Part shown: in pieces, positions 56,345-64,000 of the stretch
How positions within the stretch are numbered: position 1 is the stretch's first letter
Layout of the letters: each line of letters begins with the position of its first letter
NCBI GenBank assembly: GCA_036172245.1
Contig: JAYWIR010000016.1
Location: 2,108,001 to 2,172,000 of the forward strand
Direction: 5' to 3'
DNA length: 64,000 bases
DNA from: Raillietiella orientalis
Taxonomy: Eukaryota
Notes under the pieces: model-generated
Database searches by the model: none
Told to the model about the DNA's origin: nothing
The model's input: only the letters and a program-made list of their open reading frames with translations
Translations under genes and position numbers: made by a program

Positions 56345-58114
56345 GAAGGGATACATTCCTTGGTTATCGGATATATCAAATGTGAATCGAGCAGCATCTG
56401 AAAATATCAGTGAGTCTCTGTTAATATCCGGAAAGTGCTTCTTCATTCACATCACAAACTCCTATGTCATAAAGCGCGTCGATATGATTCTGAAAAGAAG
56501 GCAAGTGATTCCAATTTCAACTGACACGCATTCTCTTCCGGATTCTGTACGAAGACAGTGCGCGAACATCCCTTCCATTCTCCTGCACTGAACAACCAGT
56601 ATTCCACACTTTCGTACACCGGAATCATAATGTTCTGTTCTGAGGAGGCAGTAAATGGAAACCATTCCTTGGAACGACTTGAGAGAACTCGAGACAAAAA
56701 GCATAATGATAGCTGACTGAATGTGGGAAGGCTGAATTGGGCAATGTTGCACAAAATGGTATCAAACAGATTCTAAACGCGGAGTGTCTTTAGAAAATGA
56801 GCACCTGATACATGTACAGAGATGGCGACCGGTGAGCCCACGCGTGTGTACGGGAACACTGCTGCCGCGTACCACAGAACACGTACGAAGAATTCATAAC
56901 ACTCTTGAGGTTCCCCTTTATACCTCGCAGACCCGGAAGCGACTTGTTTTCCATTTTCTGCTGGAACTGAAAGCAAGCATGAGGTCCAGAGCAGCTGCGT
57001 CTTAAAAACGGTGCATTTGCAAGGTTAGCTGGGAATACAGGAAGAGCACGTGGGATGCCGTGGTTCGGGCAAGTATCTGGGACGTCTCCTTAATTCCCGG
57101 GTCGTGAGAAGGAAAGTACTCCAGATGAAGTTAGAAACCCCTGCTTAGAATAATAGTGGATTTCAAGTCAGGTTTCAAGTCGGAGATGGATAGCGAATTT
57201 TTTTTTTTGCATGGAGCGCACGAGTTGAAATGGTAAAATTAATTACCGCAGGAAAGCTTCCAAATATTTCGAGTAGCCCTGAACTCATTGGTATTATTCA
57301 GAAGTGAACTCTGAGTGTCTTTGTGCTTCTTGATGCTGGAAACTGGAAGCTTTCCTCTTTCACGGATTCGAGGTTCTTTCATCTAAGGCAAAAACGTAAA
57401 GTGCATATAACCAGAAATCAATCCAGATTCACCTGTTTCATAAATGGCATGAATTTGGATGAACCTCCTTCGATTTGGCCTTTGAAAATCAACCTCAGAT
57501 GAAGTATTTCTTGTTTGGACCCAATGTCGTTTTTCCCAAATGAGAATTGTTTTCCAAGTATTGGCAATTTCGCAAAACTGCGATTTCTTATAGCCTTGGC
57601 GAATACACAAAAAAACACCTTTAAGTTCTTAGATACTCTTTTCGATATTAATAAAAGTCTCAGTCGTTTTTAAGGATCAATCGTTTACCTCATGAATGAG
57701 TGTATCCCACTTTTTATTCAGTTTGGTTCAACTGGAGAAGCGCTTTTTTATGAAGCATAGGAGGACAACAACAACAACAAAAATAAGCATGTAAATTGAT
57801 TCTATAAATTCAAAAACATTCAGTAACAAAATTTAGGTAGCTTTCTGTAGGCTATAAATTTCGTTGCAAGATCAAAGTTCTCGAAAATTACATGCAGCAT
57901 AAGAGATCAGAACTCACCATCAACTGAGCAACCGATTTTGCAGAATGCAGAATGAATATTAAGAAAGCATCGTTTTTTTTTTTTTTTTTTAACAAAAAAA
58001 AACAATCTTCAACTCAAGGATTCCGCAAAAAGTGGCGGCTCGAAAAGTAATGGATTGCTCCATATAATTACTGGTGAGTTTCGAAATGGACTCTTTTCCG
58101 CATCTGTTATTCAA

Positions 58115-59110
58115 GCAAACATCATGAGCTGTTTCCCACCCGGGTGCTCCGGGGCGTTTATTCCTAAACCATCCGGGAACAACGTTCCCGGACAAAGGAC
58201 ACAGAAAAACGAAGGGAGGGCTCCCCGACACGCAGGTCGGTACATCCGAATGTCCGGAACGGGAGGGAGGGGTCCACAAATACACGCATAAAAAATAGAA
58301 ATCAAGATATGGGGAAGGGAGGGGATAGGGGTCTTTGGCTTCGGTCGTTCCTTTCCTTCAGAACCGGCGGTGGATGCCGGAGATCTCATTCCTTGCGTGT
58401 TCCGGAAGATGAGGCCTGGCGGCAGCCGACGTCATGTTCTCGTCGGCTACTCCGGTGGCCTGTCGACGAATCGCCTGCGTCTCCAGCTCTCGGTGGGCCT
58501 TGTCGATGGCGCGGGTGCAACAGACAGTTGCGACCATCGCACCTAAGGACAGGCCGTCTGGCGTGAAGAAGGGGCGCATCAAATCCCTTGCGGTGTCCCC
58601 CTGGAGCAGGAGAGCTGAGTGCAGCCTCCTCCACAGTCCTTGGAGGACACCGCAGTCCGAAAGCAGGTGCGGGAGCGTTTCGGCTTCTCTGCACCTTTTG
58701 CAGTTCGGGGAGAGAACTCCCCCGGAAACACAGTTCGTCCGCTGGTTGGAATGGAAACTCCAATGCACCAGCATGATGACGTCCTGCTTCCAAGAAAGGG
58801 TGAACACAGAAGTGTTCGAGCACGAGGGAGGGACCACAAGTTCTTCGGGGAAAACTTTTGCAGTTCAAAAGTTCGCTCCACCGAAGGAGTCCCTTCGGGA
58901 TGTTGCGAGACGTGGCGGCGTCTGCCAGCTCGCTAGCCCTCCAGCCGCCCATGGGTCGGGTTGCTCCTGCGATGGCACAGGCGACCTCCCACCTCGCCGG
59001 TAGGCAGCTGTCGTCTCTTGCCCTTAGGGCAGACAGCGCTGCGGCAAGGGGCGTGGCGGCCAGGCTGATCCAGTTGCCCTGGTCTCGCGTCACAGCTTCC
59101 AAAGAAAGAT
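58115..59110 (-). mobile_element. Decayed 3' portion of an RLE-type (R2/NeSL group) non-LTR retrotransposon
   Basis: CKRCREAETLPHLLSDC..LQGLWRRLHSALL matches the CCHC knuckle plus RH motif that precedes RLE domains. It is frameshifted, lacks a clear PD..D core, and ends in a GC-rich putative 3' UTR at ~58115-58357. Confidence 0.7.
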
Positions 59111-61644
59111 AGGGGAAACCTGTTGCACCATTCCGCTTCCCACAATCACCAGGAGTAATCAGCTGATGTCGAGAAGATGAAAGCAACTGGAGTCATCCTA
59201 CTGTTGAGTATAAAAGGATGAGACATGTCAGGATGTTTTAGTAACATTGCCTCAAGGAAACTGAAATCCAAGTGTTTTCAGCAAGAAAAGGCTTAAATGG
59301 GCAACCTGTCTTTTCGTCCCTCATTACTAACACACGCAAGGGAAAGGTAATATTTTACTTGGCTCAGGCTTAATTAAGGGGAAAAATTCATTGGATCAAT
59401 TGCAAGAATTATCATTCCTGTCACCCAAAGGCCCCACAATTTGGATGCCATCGTTACTGTGCTTCTGTTCCAGTGAACGGGTTCTGTCTGATGCTTTACA
59501 CAAAGGCAGCAAAGGAGGGATGGTTTTGGATATGAAACATCGCTATGCAGCAAAAAAAAGAAAAAAAAAAACAAGATCAGTTGAAATGAGATCTAGATAC
59601 CAAGGTGTTTCGAAACACCTCGGCTTGCGAAAAAGTGAGAAGAGGACTATCCAGGTACGCAAGTAGTCCATTCGTGAAGAAGGGATATGAATGGCGGCAA
59701 ACATACGTGAACCGCTGAAAATGCTGTGGGATGGGAAAATTCCAGAGGTTTCATGTCAGTTTCATAGGGGGGGTTGTAAGGAATCTCAGTTTCCCTAAAG
59801 TCACAAAAAACGTACTGGAAGGTTGTTGATGCCTATAAGGGGAATTATTTCAACTACGTCACAGTTGCGCTCAAGTAGTAAGTATTCCATTGATGACGTG
59901 ATTTTATTATTCCGATTGAAACAAAAAGCGAGGTGAATTTTCGAAATCCATGTGATACGTTAATGCAAGCAATCCGATGGATTCTTCCTCTGCAAGTCGA
60001 TATTTACAGTTTTCCGATATACGTATACATCAGGTGCGCTTGATTTTTCCACTTTTTGCGTCGAGGATTGTACAATACGGATTGTGCTATTTGTAAAAAT
60101 TCGAATTTCCGCGGAACCTTACATCGAAAAATGCTTCGTCTTCCGCAGTCTGTGGTCATAATGGATGCTTTCCCTTAGTGATTCTTGGAGTGTTTTCAAA
60201 ATAGCATTGCCGCACCTTTGAGCAGCAGCCTTCTTCACCTTCGCTGCTGTGCATTTTCCATTTTTGATCTTTCACTTTCTGATTGAGAGTCTTGGTGCGT
60301 TCTCACTAGCGGGTTCTGCTTCCAACTGCACTCCCACCTTCACCTGTCGGATTCGTAACACTTTCCACGTGTTCAAGCCCCGGTCCAGAGAGTGCTGCGA
60401 TGAAAGGGGGGCATTTGCGGCTGAGTCACTCGGCGCCCGTGGCACTACGGCTGTCCCTCTGCTTTGGGATCGGTGCCCAAGTCTCGGTCCACGCGGTGAG
60501 CGTGAATGGTGGAAGACAAAATAAATTCTCTAACACTTGTAGGGACAGTTTTGTCTTTTACCATGAGGTTTCAACGTCCTTGCGATTTCGCAGGGCACCT
60601 GTGAATTTTCCATCTGGTCACTGTCTTGGTTCTCGTATAGGGACCTCGGTACCGTAGCTAGTAGTGTTGTCCACGTCCACAATGGTACGGATTCCTCTAT
60701 TTGCATTTGGATCTTTCCCTAAATGGTCCATTCAGCAATTTTCCTTTTAACGATTGCAAATTGGCAGATTGTGTTGTGTGTTCATCGTTTCATAGTTCGC
60801 TTTCTTCTCGGGATTATTTTTAAATATCATTTCCAAAGGATGTTTTTCTTCATGTTTGTCGATGTCCGGTCAATGTTCTTCCAAGTGGCTGTCTTCGGTC
60901 CCAGAGCTGTGAAAGGCTGTTGGCCATTGCTCATCATCTTGCCATGTTCTCTCAATTTCACTCGTCCACTCGTTCTTCATTAGCTGTATTTTCCCGACGT
61001 GTTTTGCTACTTCCACGCCGTCGTCCACCTTGTTCTTTCGGTCTGCAGATGCTCGGCACGTTGATTCGGATTTACCCTTCCCTGTGGATTTTCCTCTTGA
61101 AATTGGGGGCAGGTCGTTTCTGGTTCTGGTTTCGAGAGAATTGCGAATTTTCCCACGCGCAGAATTTTGGGCAAGGCAATCCATTGCGTAAACTCTCAAT
61201 TTCGTGAAGTCAGAGACGTTACCCGACTAATACTTTCCGATTTCTATCCTGAGAGGTTTCTGCAGTTGATCCAATGATTTGCAAAAGAAATCGCCGCTGG
61301 GAAGGCCAATATCTAACTGCCTCCTTTATTCGGAAACCTTCTCTTGCGTTTGCTTGACCAGGATTCCTCCGATGTCTTCATAATCTTTGATTTTTGCATA
61401 CTTGTTATCGATTTTAGTGGATTTCGTGTTGTTTCGCCAGTCACTCTTGCTTGTCTCCGACGAAAAATACGGAATCAGCATACGCCAGGCATCCGAACTG
61501 TCGTTTATTTACTTGCATGCCTCTTTCTTTTGAAATCTCGTCCACAATGATGCTCGCAGCTCCCGAAGAGCATTGCACTCAGAGTATCACCTTACTGAGT
61601 ACCCTGATCCGTACACATCCACTGTCGGTAGAAACGGATGGCCA

Positions 61645-62880
61645 TTAAAGAGAGAAGGCTTCCTTTACGGTGTTGGGTATCGCAATATGGCTCTGAGTTA
61701 TGCTTGAGTTCAAGTACGAGGGGCAGTGACACGGTACATTGGCTAGGGCTTCTTTTGGATAGTCACAATGTTCGCACTTTTCAGAAAACCCCGGTCGTTT
61801 GCGGTGTCCATTGAGGATGAGTTGGTCAGGTCTCCCTCTATGGATGAGCCTCCAGTCAGCAAATGGGAGGCCTCTGCACTCAGATAAGAACGACACTGAG
61901 GTCAGTTGCAATGCCACACATTGTATAGAACAACCTTGATGCCTATCAAGGAGAATTTCCTAGTATCTCGGATGTGAGATCTCACTGTTCTGGATATTTG
62001 CCTCTTCATTGAGGCAGATAGAGTTTTCTGGGTCGCACATTGCCCTTAAGGGATTAAGAGGATAAGTTGTCCTACTTCAATTCCGCATCTTATAGGGAGA
62101 TCCTTGATTACTGATCGGCATTTGGACCAGAAGGCTCGTGGGTCTCCACGGAGCTTATTTAGGGGAGATTTTCTAAAGCCATTTAAGTAGTCTGTTCATG
62201 GGAATGGGATTTCCTAGAGACTACCTCAAGGAGAGAGCACCAGGCTACGTTTGAAACGTTGATGCAAGGACTGGTTAATAATTTGAAAGCAGAACCGATT
62301 GCCATAGTTGCCGACTCTTCGACTAGAGACATTGCTGCAAGGCATCCATCTTTGGTTCTTTAGTAAAGGTATTCACGTGATGAGCCTTGAGTAAGGGAAG
62401 TATCGTTTGTTTCAGTTTATATTTCCTAAGTTTATTCATTTGTGCCCAGGTAGATAAGGGTTTATTTTCCACCCTTAAGTCATGACGAGAGAGGGAATAC
62501 GGAAGCAATTAATGGCATCAAGTTTTTGTTGCGGTACTCGTTGAGCCACATATTGTGATCAGCTTCTGTTCGAATTCCTGAGTGCAGCCATAGCAGAGGA
62601 AAGAAGGAAACCCTATTAGTATTTCCAGGCATTTGTATGTGTCCTGGGTCTCCAGCGCGGGGATCTGTTCACCATCGATGAAAATGGGGTTGCAACCACT
62701 TGCGAAGGAGAGACAGTGTAGCAATAGGATGCACGTCTTTGGGGGTTCCAAGCATGCCCTTTTACCATATTAGTGGTAAAAGAGACGGCATCTTGTAGTT
62801 CCTCTACAGGTGGGGCGATGATAGCAAGATCGTCAGCGCACGCTATTGGACGAACCCAATTAGAGCAATCCTTTCTTACA
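61645..62880 (-). mobile_element. Decayed NeSL/Utopia-like RLE non-LTR retrotransposon (RT to zinc knuckle)
   Basis: In order: ACADDLAIIA (YADD-like, ~62815-62845), TYKCLEILIG (YKYLG-like), FADWRLIHRGR, CEHCDYPKEALANVPCHC...ITQSHIAI. Many stops and frameshifts; the remnant may extend to ~63300. Confidence 0.8.
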
Positions 62881-64000
62881 CCTGAGGCAAAGAATATTGA
62901 TTGTCTGTAGCTTTCCGAGCTGAGTATGGAATTCCATCCATTCCAAGGGTGAAGTCCAAAGTTGAGTTTAACATTCTAACTCTCAACAAACACGCACTCG
63001 GAATTTTGAATTTACCACAGGAGAATGTAAGAGTGTAATGGGTAGAGTCACACTGAATTAGACACACGCAAGCTTCAAATTGATGAAATTTTTATTACAA
63101 TTTTCATTACATTTAACACATCGATGTTACCTTTCGGAGGCTTCCTGGTGAAATGAGGCAAATCTGCAATCTGTGTGAATTGACCACTGATGGCATCGCT
63201 CAAGAACACACACACGTTGCAATGCCAGCATGTCCTTTCTTCATTTCGGTAATCTCGAATGCACTGGACCGGTGATGCTCGACCTTCCTTCCTTCTCGGG
63301 CCACATACATTGGTTTGCAACATTACGCAGGCCGTATACAGTAGCTTATGTATTGTAATATAATCATGTTAAAAAAATAAAACTCAAAATCTAAACGAAA
63401 CCGAGCGTTCACTTAAAAATTAGTATTTGGTGTTGAGGCTTTTTGATAAATCAGATTGATAACTGCTACTCTTGATAGATCATCACGGTGAGAATCAGTA
63501 AGCCGATTCCTACATGTGTCGGGCCGCACACAGAGGGTCGGCAGGCCGTGGATTGAGTATCTCTGCATCATTGTCTCTGACAATCTCAATGGGGTTTCCC
63601 ATTTGACTGGTAGATTATGGCTACCGTGATTGTTTTGTAGGTTTGGCAGGCATTTAAAAATCGAATCCCATTCCTTGTGTCCTTCATTATAAAAATTTTG
63701 CAGTTTTAATTTTTTTAAAATGGTCAATCTCGATGAAAAAAAATTACAATTCAACAGCATTAAAGACCCAGTGTTAAAACGTGGTGTATTAAAACTCCAT
63801 TGAAATCCACCCGTCTTTCCAATTGCAAATTCATTTGCATTTACATAATCTAACTCATTTACAATGCTCAGAATAATATTTGGGCAAGTTATGCCACTTA
63901 CATTAATTGGCCCAGAAACACTTGCATGAAAGCTTTATTTATCATGGGAAACTTTGGATGCATGCTTTGTGGAAAAGTATGGTATCTGCTTAAAATATGT

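Noticed and set aside
56350..56460. LIFSDAARFTFD resembling the first Tc1/mariner catalytic motif
   Set aside because: A single short motif with no further DDE residues or TIRs visible.

Overview
Eukaryotic, probably arthropod, genomic DNA (taxon inferred, not shown). It is AT-rich, with genes broken by very short introns, mostly 39-53 nt. Six intact spliced genes were reconstructed by hand: eIF4A (-), NSFL1C/p47 (+), DCTN5 (-), a DZIP1-like zinc-finger/coiled-coil gene (-), CARM1/PRMT4 (+) and HGS/Hrs (-). The eIF4A introns host three snoRNAs: a SNORA21/snR10-like H/ACA, a SNORD25/snR56-like C/D, and a further H/ACA candidate. The most striking hidden element is a decayed CRESS-DNA virus Rep gene (HUH endonuclease plus SF3 helicase) lying antisense inside NSFL1C intron 2. 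NSFL1C also has a 47-nt intron with a U12-type donor. The gene-poor right end carries an unexplained GC-rich ~930-nt structured element made of a ~445-nt imperfect rod and a cluster of small hairpins. About 390 bp of it recurs inverted 3 kb away, and the two copies bracket an intronless non-muscle myosin II rod fragment. Two decayed RLE-type (R2/NeSL/Utopia group) non-LTR retrotransposons follow. All alignments and counts were done by eye; no searches were run.
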